Below are positions 29,074 to 38,740 of a DNA stretch of 64,000 nt, one piece after another; within the stretch, counting starts at the first letter, position 1; each line of letters starts with the position of its first letter. The stretch spans positions 1,568,001-1,632,000 of the forward strand of contig OY970178.1 of assembly GCA_963707915.1 (NCBI GenBank), written 5' to 3'. A program made the position numbers and the translations under genes. A model generated the notes under the pieces. It was given only the letters and a program-made list of their open reading frames with translations. It was not told the origin of the DNA and searched no databases. The stretch comes from Candidatus Eiseniibacteriota bacterium. GTDB lineage: Bacteria; Eisenbacteria; RBG-16-71-46.

Positions 29074-29170
29074 ATGAACGTCCATGCCTTCGAACGCATC
29101 GGCGTCCTGACCGCGAAGCGGGGTCAATTCGTTCTGCCGGAACACGAGTTGGCGCGGCGGAGAGTGGCAA

Positions 29171-29530
29171 GTGGCTCAAACTGACCTCCTCGCCACCGAC
29201 GTAGAGCTGACCGCCTTGCTGGCTGACTCGGCACGTGCGGTTGGCGTTCCACCAGCGCGCGCGGCAGCAATGCTCGTGCGGCTCGCAGCCTTGCAGGTAG
29301 CGCTGGCTGCACAGCTGCAGGCGGCGCCTGTGGCGATCGCGCAGGTCGAGGAGCGCGCGGACACGGATCGGCTCCTGAACGTGCAGCAGGCGGCCGAGGT
29401 TCTCAACGTGACCGTGGGGTGGCTTTACCGCAAGGCGCCCAAGCTACCCTTCACCCGCAAGTTATCGGGCCGACTGCTGCGCTTCTCGGAGCGGGGAATG
29501 CAGGCTTGGGCGGGCAAACAGAGGCCTTGA
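29171..29530 (+). CDS. Excisionase-like HTH protein
   Basis: RLLNVQQAAEVLNVTVGWLYR...LLRF; lies between primase and integrase. Confidence 0.8.
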   Translation: MAQTDLLATDVELTALLADSARAVGVPPARAAAMLVRLAALQVALAAQLQAAPVAIAQVEERADTDRLLNVQQAAEVLNVTVGWLYRKAPKLPFTRKLSGRLLRFSERGMQAWAGKQRP

Positions 29531-29552
29531 CTGTGCCGTCGCACCAGAGGGA

Positions 29553-31016
29553 ATGGTCGTGACACCAGGTATGGCCTGGGGAATGTCGCAGCGGCCGCCG
29601 GCGAGCGGCGCGCCGACTGCGCGAGACGCATCGATCGAAGTAGTCCGGCCGGGCAGGCCAAAGGGAGTTGGAGTGGCGCCGAAGAAGAGGCGGAAGCGGA
29701 GGACCAAGGCGCCCAAGGCCCGCGGGATGGGGCGCACCTACCAGCGCGGCGAGATCTGGTGGGTGCAGTACTCCTTCCGGGGCAAGCTCTACCGCGAATC
29801 CTCGAAATCCGACAAGCAGGCAACGGCCGTGAGCCTCCTGCAGCTGCGGCAGGGGGAGATGGCACAAGGACGGCTTCCCAGGCTTGACGCCGAGAAGGTC
29901 ACCTTCAACGACTTGGTGGCCCTGATCGAGGCCGACTACGTCCAGAAGGGCAACCGGACCTGGTGGCGCGTTGAACGCTCCCTCCTGCACCTGCGCCCGG
30001 TGTTCGAGCACGTGCCGGCCGTGAGCATCGGCTACGGCAACGTCTCGCGCTACATCCAAGACCGGCTCAAGGCAGGCGCCGCACGTGGGACCGTGCACCA
30101 CGAGCTCGCGGCCTTGGGCCGGATGCTCAAGCTGGGCGTTATCGCCGGCCGGCTGCAGGTACGCCCTCCCCTGCCCCCCCTCAAGCTCGACAACGTGCGT
30201 AAGGGGTTCTTCACTGACGAAGAGGTCCGCCGCGTGCTCAACCACCTACCCGACTGGCATGCCCCTGCCATCGAGTTCGCTTGGCGAACTGGCTGGCGCA
30301 GCGGCGAGGTGAAGGGCCTCAGCTGGGCCCAAGTCGACTTTGCTGCCGGGACGGTGCGGCTCGAGCCGGGCACAACCAAGAACCGCGAGGGTCGGACCTT
30401 CCCCTTCGCGACGTTCCCCCCGTTGTCCGACCTCCTTCACCGTCAATGGGAGCGCACTCAGGCCTGGCAGCACGAGCACGGCCAGATCGTGCCGTGGGTC
30501 TTCTGGAAGGAGGGCCGCCAGCTCGGCGATCACCGCGACATCTGGATCGGCGCCTGCAGGAAGGCTGGCCTGCCCGGACGGCTGGTCCACGATCTGCGGC
30601 GCAGTGCCGTGCGCAACCTGGAGCGGGCTGGCGTGCCGCGCTCCTCGGCGATGAAGCTCACTGGCCATCTCACCGAGTCAGTCTACCGCCGCTACGCCAT
30701 CGTCTCCGAGGCGGATCTCGGCGAGGCCGTGCGCAAGCTCGCCACGTTTCAGCAGGCGCAAGTGAGCGCCTCACTGCGCCCGGAAGCGGCAACCAGCACA
30801 GTTCAAGCACAAATCGGCTGGCACCCAAGCGCGTCCCAAGACAATGACGCTTCGCCGCACGATCGCACCGCTACCGGAACTCACGGCGTGTCCGTCGATT
30901 GCGCGAGCGTCCTTTCCCCCGCAGCTCTTCCCGCCACGGTACCCGAGCTCCACGCCCACTGGAAGTTGAATCCCCCCAGCCTCCCGTCCACATCCAGCAT
31001 CTCGCCGCACAGGTAG
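29553..31016 (+). CDS. int: Tyrosine recombinase / integrase
   Basis: N-terminal arm-binding-like GRTYQRGEIWW, TGWRSGE (R), TKN (K), HDLRR, TGH, YRRY. True start may be ATG 29727. Confidence 0.95.
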   Translation: MVVTPGMAWGMSQRPPASGAPTARDASIEVVRPGRPKGVGVAPKKRRKRRTKAPKARGMGRTYQRGEIWWVQYSFRGKLYRESSKSDKQATAVSLLQLRQGEMAQGRLPRLDAEKVTFNDLVALIEADYVQKGNRTWWRVERSLLHLRPVFEHVPAVSIGYGNVSRYIQDRLKAGAARGTVHHELAALGRMLKLGVIAGRLQVRPPLPPLKLDNVRKGFFTDEEVRRVLNHLPDWHAPAIEFAWRTGWRSGEVKGLSWAQVDFAAGTVRLEPGTTKNREGRTFPFATFPPLSDLLHRQWERTQAWQHEHGQIVPWVFWKEGRQLGDHRDIWIGACRKAGLPGRLVHDLRRSAVRNLERAGVPRSSAMKLTGHLTESVYRRYAIVSEADLGEAVRKLATFQQAQVSASLRPEAATSTVQAQIGWHPSASQDNDASPHDRTATGTHGVSVDCASVLSPAALPATVPELHAHWKLNPPSLPSTSSISPHR

Positions 31017-32239
31017 AGCGCCCCCGCCTTGCGCGACTCGAGCGTGCTCGCGTCCACTTCGTCGAGCGCCACGCCGCCGGCGGTGACCTCGGCCTTCTCG
31101 TAGCCCAGCGTGCCGTCCACGGGCAGGGGACGCGCGCAGAGGCGCTCGGCGAGCGCGGCGCGGTGCGCGCGGCCGGTCTGGCTCGCGTACCCGCCAGCGT
31201 CCACGCCGACCTCGGCGCAGAGCGCGAGCACGAGCCGGTCGGGCAGACGGCGGCCGAGCCAGTGCCGCACCTGCAGCCGCGGCTCGGGCGCGGCCTCCCG
31301 CCGCCAGGCGGCCAGCAGGCTCTCGCGGGTCTCGCCCGGCAGGAAGCTCGCGCTCACGGCGCGCTCGCCTCCGCCCTCGGCGCGCAGCCACGAGCGGGAG
31401 AGGTCGAGCGCCGCCGGGCCGGTGTAGCCGAAGTGCGCGAACAGGAACGAGCCGCGCACGGCCTCGACGCGCTTCCCTCCTGCCGCGAGCGTCAACTCCG
31501 CGTCCACCGTGACGCCCTGCAACTGCACGCACAGCGGATCGTCCGAGGTGAGCGGCGTGAGCGCGGGCACGGGGGCCACGATGGTGTGGCCGAGCGCCGC
31601 GGCCAGGGCGTAGCCGGTGCCGTCGCTGCCGGTGCGCGGGAACGAGAGCCCGCCGGTGGCGAGCACGACGGCGTCGGCCTCGATCCACCGGTCGGGCTCG
31701 GCCGCGGGCAGCGGCCAGCGCGTCGCCCCCACGGCGTGCGCGGCGGCGGAGAAGTCGCCGCCGGCGCGGACGGCTTGGATGCCGAGCCGCCAGCGGCCCG
31801 CCGCAGCCCCCGCACCGGCCGCGCCGGCCGAGCGCTCGAGCCTGACCACCCGCGCCCCGCCCTCGAGCGAGACGCCGGCGGCGGCCACCGCGCCGCGCAG
31901 CGCGTCGAGCACGGTCTGCGCGTCGTCGCTCTCCGGGAAGTACTTGCCGCTCTCCTCCAGCACGAGCGGCACGCCCAGCGACTCGAACCACTCGCGCGTC
32001 GCTTCCGGCGGGAACGCGCGCAGGATGCGCGCCACGACGTTGCGCGAGCCGCCGTGGTAGTCGTGCGGCGCGACCTCGCGGTGGGTGAGGTTGCAGCGCG
32101 TCCCGCCGGACATGAGGATCTTGAGCCCGGCCTGCGGGTGCGCGTTGAGCAGCGTCACCTGCGCGCCGGCCTCGGCCGCGCGCAGGGCGGCGGTGAGACC
32201 GGCCGCACCGGCCCCGATCACGGCGACGGTGCGGCTCAC
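30881..32239 (-). CDS. HI0933/BaiN/YhiN-family flavoprotein
   Basis: VIGAGAAGL, GLKILMSGGTRCNLT, LATGGLSFP.TGSDG, VTAGGV, GEMLDVDGRLGGFNFQWAWSSG; GTG start at 32239. Confidence 0.93.
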   Translation of the reverse strand: MSRTVAVIGAGAAGLTAALRAAEAGAQVTLLNAHPQAGLKILMSGGTRCNLTHREVAPHDYHGGSRNVVARILRAFPPEATREWFESLGVPLVLEESGKYFPESDDAQTVLDALRGAVAAAGVSLEGGARVVRLERSAGAAGAGAAAGRWRLGIQAVRAGGDFSAAAHAVGATRWPLPAAEPDRWIEADAVVLATGGLSFPRTGSDGTGYALAAALGHTIVAPVPALTPLTSDDPLCVQLQGVTVDAELTLAAGGKRVEAVRGSFLFAHFGYTGPAALDLSRSWLRAEGGGERAVSASFLPGETRESLLAAWRREAAPEPRLQVRHWLGRRLPDRLVLALCAEVGVDAGGYASQTGRAHRAALAERLCARPLPVDGTLGYEKAEVTAGGVALDEVDASTLESRKAGALYLCGEMLDVDGRLGGFNFQWAWSSGTVAGRAAGERTLAQSTDTP

Positions 32240-32321
32240 GCCGTGACCGCCCCGGGGCGTCCGGCCGCCGCTCGCGCCCGCGTCGCCCCGCGGAACATGG
32301 CCCGCGAGGGACCGGGCCGCC

Positions 32322-33828
32322 TCATCTCCGCCCCGACCGCCAGCGCTCGCCCTCGCGCACGGCACGGCCCTCGGCCTCGAGCTTGAGCAGGTGCGCGAGC
32401 AGGCTCCGCTCACCGTATGCCCACAACTCGGCGGGCGTGTCGGCGTAGACCCGCTCGACCAGCGCGGGCAGTTCCTGCAGCTCGGCGTCGAGCGCGTCGA
32501 GCACGAGCCGTTCACGCTTGAGCCGGTGCTGGATCAGCCAGCGGATGCGCTGCGGGCGCGGCGCCCTGCGGCGAGCCATGCGCGGGGAACAGCGTCTCGA
32601 CCGGCTCGGCGAGCAGCCGCTCGAGCGAGGCCAGGTAGGGCACCAGCTCGCCGTCGGGCGGGTCGAGGATGACGGTGCCACGGCCACCGGGAATGAGGTC
32701 GCCGCAGAACAACGACCGGGTCCGCTCGTGCAGGAACGACAGGTGCCCGCGCGCGTGGCCGGGCGTGTGCAGGACGCGCAGTTCCCAGTCGCCGAGCCCG
32801 GGCTCGAGGCCGATGCGCTCGCCCTCGGCGAGCACCCGGTCCACGCCCAGGTGGCGCGCGGTCTCGGGGTGCGCGGCCACCGGCACCCGCCAGCGCTCGC
32901 GCAGGGCGGCCACGCCCCCGGCGTGGTCGGCGTGGTGGTGCGTGAGCAGGATGAGCTTGAGCCGGCGGCCCTCGACGCGCAGCACCTCGATCAGGGTGTT
33001 GAGCGACTCCAGCTCGACCGGATCGCCGCTGCCGGGGTCCACCAGCGCCATCTCGCGTTCGCCCACGAGGTAGGCGTTGGTGTGCGTGGCGGGCGGCAGC
33101 GGGCGGGTCTTCATGGGGTGCAGCACGACGCCCCACTTGAACTCCATCCGGCGGACCGGATAGGCGGCGAGTTCCGGCCCCTCGGCCAGGCGCGCCGGCA
33201 GGTCGTCCTCGCCCTCGGCCAGCGCGAGCAGCGTGTGCAGGATGGGCGCGGCGAAGGCCGCCTTCCCCGCGTGGTAGCGGTCCAGGGCCTCGAGCGGCCG
33301 GATCCACCCGCCCGATGCCAGCTCCACGCCGACCACGCTGGGCTCCTGCCCCTCGGGCACGCGCGCCAGGAAGTAGCTCGCGTCGAAGCGCATCGGCACG
33401 AAGGGCGGCGTCTGCCAGCGGCCGGCGAAGGTCAGCGCGTCGGCGCGGAAGCGCCAGCCGCACTCCCAGGCGAGTTCGGGGAAGGCGACCAGGCCGGCCA
33501 GCAGCCGCTCGCGCGCCTGGAGCAGTCTCCCGGGCGGGCAGTTCGTCGGCCCGGCCAGCCCGATCAGCACGCCGGTCTCCTCGAAGGCCTCGCGGATGGC
33601 GCAGGCCCGCAGCGCGCGCTCGGCCTCGTCGGTGACCCCTTCGATCGGGAGCCCGCCGTCGGACGGCTCGATGGTGCCGCCGGGGAACGCGTCGAAGCCG
33701 GGCATGATGCTCACGGCATCGCTGCGCCGCACCCACCAGGTCTCCAGGTCGAGTCCGCGGCCGCGCAGGAGCACGACCACGGCCGAGCCGCGGAAGCGGT
33801 GCCTTTCGGAGGCGCTCATCGGCGACAC
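32322..33828 (-). CDS. NUDIX + metallo-beta-lactamase (LACTB2-like) fusion, frameshifted near 32555
   Basis: FPGG...AIREAFEETG, THHHADH, HTPGH, GD, PAHG. The C-terminal HRLKRE...SLLAHLLKL segment lies in another frame ending at 32322. Confidence 0.85.
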
Positions 33829-34017
33829 ACTACCACCGGATGCGTGCGGCGGGTACGGGCGCCGCGCGGACCGGCCGCGCGGGGCGGCCGGGAATCGCCC
33901 GCGCCGCGGCCGGTGCGCCCGGACCGGCGCGGTTTCGCGCCAAAGCGAACCGCCACCGGCCGTCCCCTATCGCGAAGGGCACCGGTGGCGGGTTCACGGG
34001 GTGCGGCCCCCGCTTCG

Positions 34018-35373
34018 CTACGACTTCTTCGAGACGGCCTCGACCGACTTCTTCAGGATGCCGAGCGCCTCGTCGATCTCCGCCGCCGTGGTGTCGAGCG
34101 GCGGGCGGAAGCGCAGGCTCTGCGGCCCGCAGGCGAGGATCATCATTCCCAGCTCGTAGGCCTTGTCCTGCACGGCGTCGCGCAGCGGGCCTTCCGAGAA
34201 CTCGATCGCGCACATCATGCCGCGGCCGCGGGCGTTCGACAGCGCGTCGGGGCGCCAGGCGGCCAGCGCCTGAAGGCCCTTGAGCAGGTGCTCGCCGACC
34301 GTCGCCGCGTTCTCGACCAGGCGCTCCTCCTCGATGATCTCGAGGTAGCGCTGGGCGCGCACCATGTCCACCAGGTTCCCGCCCCAGGTCGAGTTGAGCC
34401 GGCTCGAGACCTTGAACACGTTCTCCGGCTCCTCGTCGATCCGCGGCCCGGCCATCATGCCGCAGACCTGCATCTTCTTGCCGAAGGCGAGCAGGTCGGG
34501 CTCGAGCGCGAAATGCTGGTGCGCCCACATGCGGCCGGTGAGGCCCACACCGCTCTGCACCTCGTCCACCGCGAAGAGCGCGTCGTTCTCGCGGGCGAGG
34601 TCGCGCAGCGCGCGCAGGAACTCGCCGCGGAAGTGGTTGTCGCCGCCCTCGGCCTGGACCGGCTCGATGAGCACGCAGGCGATGTCGTCGCGGCGCTCGC
34701 GGAACGCGGCCTTGGCCTGCTCGAGCACGGCGGCCTCGACCTGCTGGACGCGGGCCGTCTCGGCGGCGTCCACCGGGAAGCGCAGCTTCGGGTTGTCCAG
34801 CCGCGGCCAGTCGAACTTGGGGAAGTACTGGTACTTGCGCGGGTCCGCGGTGTTGGTGAGCGAGAGCGTGTAGCCCGAGCGGCCGTGGAACGCCTCGCGG
34901 AAGTGCAGGACCTGGTGCCCCTTCTCCTCGCGAATGCCCCTGCGGAAGTTGCGGCGCACCTTCCAGTCGAAGGCGGCCTTGAGCGCGTTCTCGACGCCGA
35001 GCGTGCCGCCGGCGACGAAGAAGGCGTGCGGCAGGTAGGCCGGCTGCACCACGCGGCCGAAGGTATCGACGAACTCGGCGAACTCGACGGTGTAGATGTC
35101 GGAGTTGGCGGGGTTGGCGAGCGCGGCACGGGTGAGCCGGGCGAGGAACTCGGGATCCTTCAGCCGCGGGTGGTTGAGCCCCACCGGCAGCGTGGCGAAG
35201 AACGAGAACATGTCGAGGATCCAGCGGCCGCTGCGGGCGTCCCACAGCCGGCGCCCCTGGCTCTTCTCGAGGTCGAGCACCATGTCGTAGCCGTCGGCGA
35301 GCATGTGCCGCGCCAGAGTGGCGTGCACGTCCGGCGGAGCGATGCGGCTGGCGGGAGTGGTCGTCGGGTTCAT
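34018..35373 (-). CDS. lat: L-lysine 6-transaminase (class III PLP aminotransferase)
   Basis: VENALKAAFDWK, FHGRSGYTLSLTNT, EPVQAEGGD, DEVQSG, FGKK, NSTWGG; ATGA overlap with the Lrp gene. Confidence 0.92.
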   Translation of the reverse strand: MNPTTTPASRIAPPDVHATLARHMLADGYDMVLDLEKSQGRRLWDARSGRWILDMFSFFATLPVGLNHPRLKDPEFLARLTRAALANPANSDIYTVEFAEFVDTFGRVVQPAYLPHAFFVAGGTLGVENALKAAFDWKVRRNFRRGIREEKGHQVLHFREAFHGRSGYTLSLTNTADPRKYQYFPKFDWPRLDNPKLRFPVDAAETARVQQVEAAVLEQAKAAFRERRDDIACVLIEPVQAEGGDNHFRGEFLRALRDLARENDALFAVDEVQSGVGLTGRMWAHQHFALEPDLLAFGKKMQVCGMMAGPRIDEEPENVFKVSSRLNSTWGGNLVDMVRAQRYLEIIEEERLVENAATVGEHLLKGLQALAAWRPDALSNARGRGMMCAIEFSEGPLRDAVQDKAYELGMMILACGPQSLRFRPPLDTTAAEIDEALGILKKSVEAVSKKS

Positions 35374-35867
35374 CTCTTCTCTCCTGTCGCACCGGTCGCG
35401 AGGTAGCACTCTTCCTTGACCGTCGAGAGCACCATGACGGTCCGGGTCTGGCGCACGCCTTCGGCACCGTTGAGCTGGCTGATGACCAACCGCTGGAGCG
35501 ACTCCATGTCGCGCACGCGGACCTTGAGGAGCACGGAGAACTCCCCGGTGATGTGATGGCACTCCTGCACCTCGTCCAACTCGAGGATCCGCTTGATGAA
35601 CGGCTCCTCGTAGCGCGGGTGCTCGATGAAGACCTCGATGAACGCGGTGACCTGGATGCCCACGGCCTTGGGGTCCACCAGCGCGGTGAAGCGGCGGATG
35701 ACCCCGGACTGTTCGAGCTTCTTCAGGCGCTCGTTGACGGCCGCGGTGGACAGTCCGACGTTCTGGGCGATGAGTGCCTGGCTCATCTTCCCGTCGCGCT
35801 GGACCAACGCCAGGATGTGGCGGTCCTTGGCGTCCGGACTCTGGTCTACGTTCGTTCTAGCTGGCAT
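35370..35867 (-). CDS. Lrp/AsnC-family regulator
   Basis: DRHILALVQRDGK...ERLKKLEQSGVI; ECHHITGE. Confidence 0.93.
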   Translation of the reverse strand: MPARTNVDQSPDAKDRHILALVQRDGKMSQALIAQNVGLSTAAVNERLKKLEQSGVIRRFTALVDPKAVGIQVTAFIEVFIEHPRYEEPFIKRILELDEVQECHHITGEFSVLLKVRVRDMESLQRLVISQLNGAEGVRQTRTVMVLSTVKEECYLATGATGEKR

Positions 35868-36010
35868 GCACAGAGTATACATTCGGCAGGAAGGCGATGC
35901 AACCGAATGACATTCGGAGGACTCGGCCTGGCGGCAGACGGGACTTGAGCGGGTGATGAGGCTGAGCCCGCTTCCCGCGGATCCCCCCGGCCCGGCGCGG
36001 GCCGGCGCGG

Positions 36011-37570
36011 CTACCTCAGGACGACGAGGCGGCCGGTCAGGACCCGCTCCCCGGCGTGCGCGCGGTAGAACACCACGCCGGCCGGAGCGAGGTTCCCCGC
36101 CGCGTCGAGCCCGTCCCAGCGGATCTCGCCCGCCCCGGCCGGGCGGACGTCGCCGCCGAGCGCGCGCAGCCGGCGGCCGGTCAGGTCGAAGAGCTCGAGG
36201 CGCACTTCGGCCGGGGCGGGCAGCGCGAACCGCAGCACCGCACCGCGCGGGGTCGGGTTCGGGCCCAGCGTGACGGAGGCCGGCGGCGACGGTGGCGGCT
36301 CGACGCCGGCGGTCCCGGCGGGCCCCGCCAGGGTCGCGACCGTCCCGATGGCGGCCTTCGCGAAACGGGTGAAGTAGTCCTGGTCGAGGGTGGCGACGCG
36401 GTCCTGCGCCGTGTGGTACCAGGGCGTGAAGTCACTGAGGTCCTCGATGGCGAGGATCGCCGGGTAGCCCCGCCCCCAGAACGACGCGTGATCGCTGGCG
36501 TTGGTGGACCCGCTGGTGATCTTCTCCGGCGCGAAGCCGAGCCCATAGGTCGTGTTCACCGCCATGAACTCGTCCGCGATGGCCCCCGAGGCCGGCAGCG
36601 TCCCGGCGTGGAGCTCCATGACGTCCACGCCATTCGACTCGTACGCGATCATGTCGAGGTTCACCACCGCGTCGATGGTGTCCCCGCGCGTCGCGGCGGC
36701 CAGGGCATAGGCGTAGCTCCCCAGGAGTCCCTGCTCCTCCCCGGTGAAGCAGACGAAGCGGACCGTCTTCTCGAACTGCAGCGCGGCCATGATCTGCGCC
36801 GCGCGCAGGACGGTGACCGACCCGCTGCCGTTGTCGTCGGCCCCCGGGGCGATCGTCGCCGTGCCCCCGGGCATGTCGTCGAGATGCGCCGTCACGAGGA
36901 CCTGCCGGCCCGGGCGCGACACACCGGCGTGCGTGGCGACGACGTTGCGCCAGCCGTTCGAGCCATACGCCTGGTACTCGACCGGCAGCCCCGCGGCCTG
37001 CATCGTCTCGAAGACGTACTGCTCGGCCAGGCGGCACTCGGCCTTGTAGGAGTTGCGGGTGGCGATGACCAGCCCGGTGCCGCCGATGGTGACGGAGGTC
37101 TGTCCCGAAAGGCCGTTGAGCAGCTCCACGAGGCCGGGCTGCGCGACCTGGTCCATGAGCCACTGGATGCGCGGGTCGTATCCGGCTGCGGCCCGCGATT
37201 CGGCCACCGGCACCGGCGGCAGGGGCACCCGCTCCTGCAGGAGTCGCACCTCGTAGCCGAGGGCGGCGAGGGAGTCGATGTCCATCCCGCTCCCGGCGAC
37301 GATCACCGCACCGTCCCGCTCGGCGAGCACCTTCAGCCCGGGGAAGCGGGCCGCCAGCGCTCGCGGGTAGGCCTCGATGACGTAGACCGCTCCGCCGCCT
37401 TCCTCGATGACCGGCGACCGGATGCCTTCCTGCGTTCCCGCGGGCCCGCCGGGAGGCTCGGCGGCGAGCGCGGGGGAGGCGAGCGCGATCAGCGCGATCG
37501 CGAGGAACGCCGGCACGGTGCTCCACCAGGGCTGCGGGTCCGGCATGCGGCGGATGCGGGATGGGTCCAC
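36011..37570 (-). CDS. Secreted M28-family peptidase with C-terminal FlgD-Ig/T9SS-like domain
   Basis: Signal peptide, AHLD, GADDNGSG, GEEQGL, NLDM, SDH, YHT; tail PNP...FDLTGRR...WDG...G. Confidence 0.88.
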   Translation of the reverse strand: MDPSRIRRMPDPQPWWSTVPAFLAIALIALASPALAAEPPGGPAGTQEGIRSPVIEEGGGAVYVIEAYPRALAARFPGLKVLAERDGAVIVAGSGMDIDSLAALGYEVRLLQERVPLPPVPVAESRAAAGYDPRIQWLMDQVAQPGLVELLNGLSGQTSVTIGGTGLVIATRNSYKAECRLAEQYVFETMQAAGLPVEYQAYGSNGWRNVVATHAGVSRPGRQVLVTAHLDDMPGGTATIAPGADDNGSGSVTVLRAAQIMAALQFEKTVRFVCFTGEEQGLLGSYAYALAAATRGDTIDAVVNLDMIAYESNGVDVMELHAGTLPASGAIADEFMAVNTTYGLGFAPEKITSGSTNASDHASFWGRGYPAILAIEDLSDFTPWYHTAQDRVATLDQDYFTRFAKAAIGTVATLAGPAGTAGVEPPPSPPASVTLGPNPTPRGAVLRFALPAPAEVRLELFDLTGRRLRALGGDVRPAGAGEIRWDGLDAAGNLAPAGVVFYRAHAGERVLTGRLVVLR

Positions 37571-37699
37571 TGGATGTCCCTCGAGCTCGTCGAAGCGTGC
37601 GGTCGTGGCCGATGGTGACGACAGGCCGACGGATACGCGGGAAATGTTCTCACAGTCGGACCGCCCGGGCGAGCCGGTCCGCGTTCGGGCACGGACCGC

Positions 37700-38401
37700 C
37701 TATTCCCCGCCCGCGATCGCTCCCGCCCAGCGCACGATCGCGTCCGCTTCCTGCAGGTCGTCGAGCAGCAGGTCGGGTCCGGCGGCCGCCAGCGCGCCGA
37801 TGTCGGTCCCGCCGGTCGCCACGGCGATGACCCGGGCTCCCGCCGCGCGGGCGCAGGCGACGTCGTGCTCGGTGTCCCCCACCACGATGCAGCGCCGGGC
37901 CGGCACGCCGTGTTCGCGCCGGACGCGCCGCACCAGCGCGCGGGCCAGGGCGTCGCGGTCCGGGGCCATCTCGCCGAAGCCGCCGAAAGCGAAGCGCCCC
38001 TCGATCCCGAAGTGGTCGAGCTTGATGCGCGCCATCTGGGTCATGTTGCCGGTGAGCAGCCCCATCACCCAGCCCGGCTCCGCCGCGATGCGGTCGAGCA
38101 GCCCGGGGATGCCGGGCATGAGCCGGCCGCGGCCGGGGCGGAGCAGGCGGCGCATGTGTCCGAATACCGAGTCCCAGAACCGGGCTTCCGCGGCGGGATC
38201 CATGGAACGCCCGTGCTTGCGGAGGATGTCGCGCAGGATGAGGGGCTCGATCCGGCCGGCGAAGCCGATGTCGTGCAGGTCGTCCCCCACCCCGAGGTGG
38301 TCGCGCACGGCGCAGGCGAAGGCCTCGCGGGCCGCCCCGTCGGTGAGGAGCAGCGTGCCGTCCACGTCGAAGAGCCAGGCGAGGCGTGTGCTCGAGGCCA
38401 T
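37700..38401 (-). CDS. HAD-family hydrolase
   Basis: FDVDGTL, LTGN, VGDTEHD. Confidence 0.9.
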   Translation of the reverse strand: MASSTRLAWLFDVDGTLLLTDGAAREAFACAVRDHLGVGDDLHDIGFAGRIEPLILRDILRKHGRSMDPAAEARFWDSVFGHMRRLLRPGRGRLMPGIPGLLDRIAAEPGWVMGLLTGNMTQMARIKLDHFGIEGRFAFGGFGEMAPDRDALARALVRRVRREHGVPARRCIVVGDTEHDVACARAAGARVIAVATGGTDIGALAAAGPDLLLDDLQEADAIVRWAGAIAGGE

Positions 38402-38740
38402 CGGGTCCTGCGGGATCGGGTCGCGCCGCGCGGTGGCCGGGCCGCCCCGCGGCGCCCAAGAGAAGAGGCGTGAGGACCGCGCGATGCTAGCACAGGGTGG
38501 CGGGCGACCCCGGGGACGCCGGGGGCATGGCCGGGCGGGCCGGGGCGCCACCTCCCCATCCTCCGGTCCAGGGCAGGCAAGTCGTTGGGAAGCAACGTCA
38601 TGCGCCTGCAATGGCGGACTCACGAATACCGCCCGGCTGCCGACACTAGACAACAGTGGCTCAGTCCGCTTAACGGGGGGGAGCTGTTTCCCCCCTCCCA
38701 CCGTATTTCGGCCGCTTCAAGCTGCGATGGAGATTTCGTC

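Larger units (their letters stand above)
1..31010. mobile_element. Integrative element / defence island (left end outside window)
   Basis: Integrase, xis-like HTH and Prim-Pol module plus defence cargo. GC and codon usage visibly differ from the DNA right of ~31,010. Confidence 0.85.

Noticed and set aside
1..31016. Prophage or ICE
   Set aside because: No virion, terminase, lysis, relaxase or T4SS genes in the visible part.
32518..35406. 962-aa + strand ORF and similar long ORFs (e.g. 11552-13156, 42822-45029, 51674-53860, 59566-61818)
   Set aside because: Antisense shadows of well-supported genes in high-GC DNA; no recognisable motifs.
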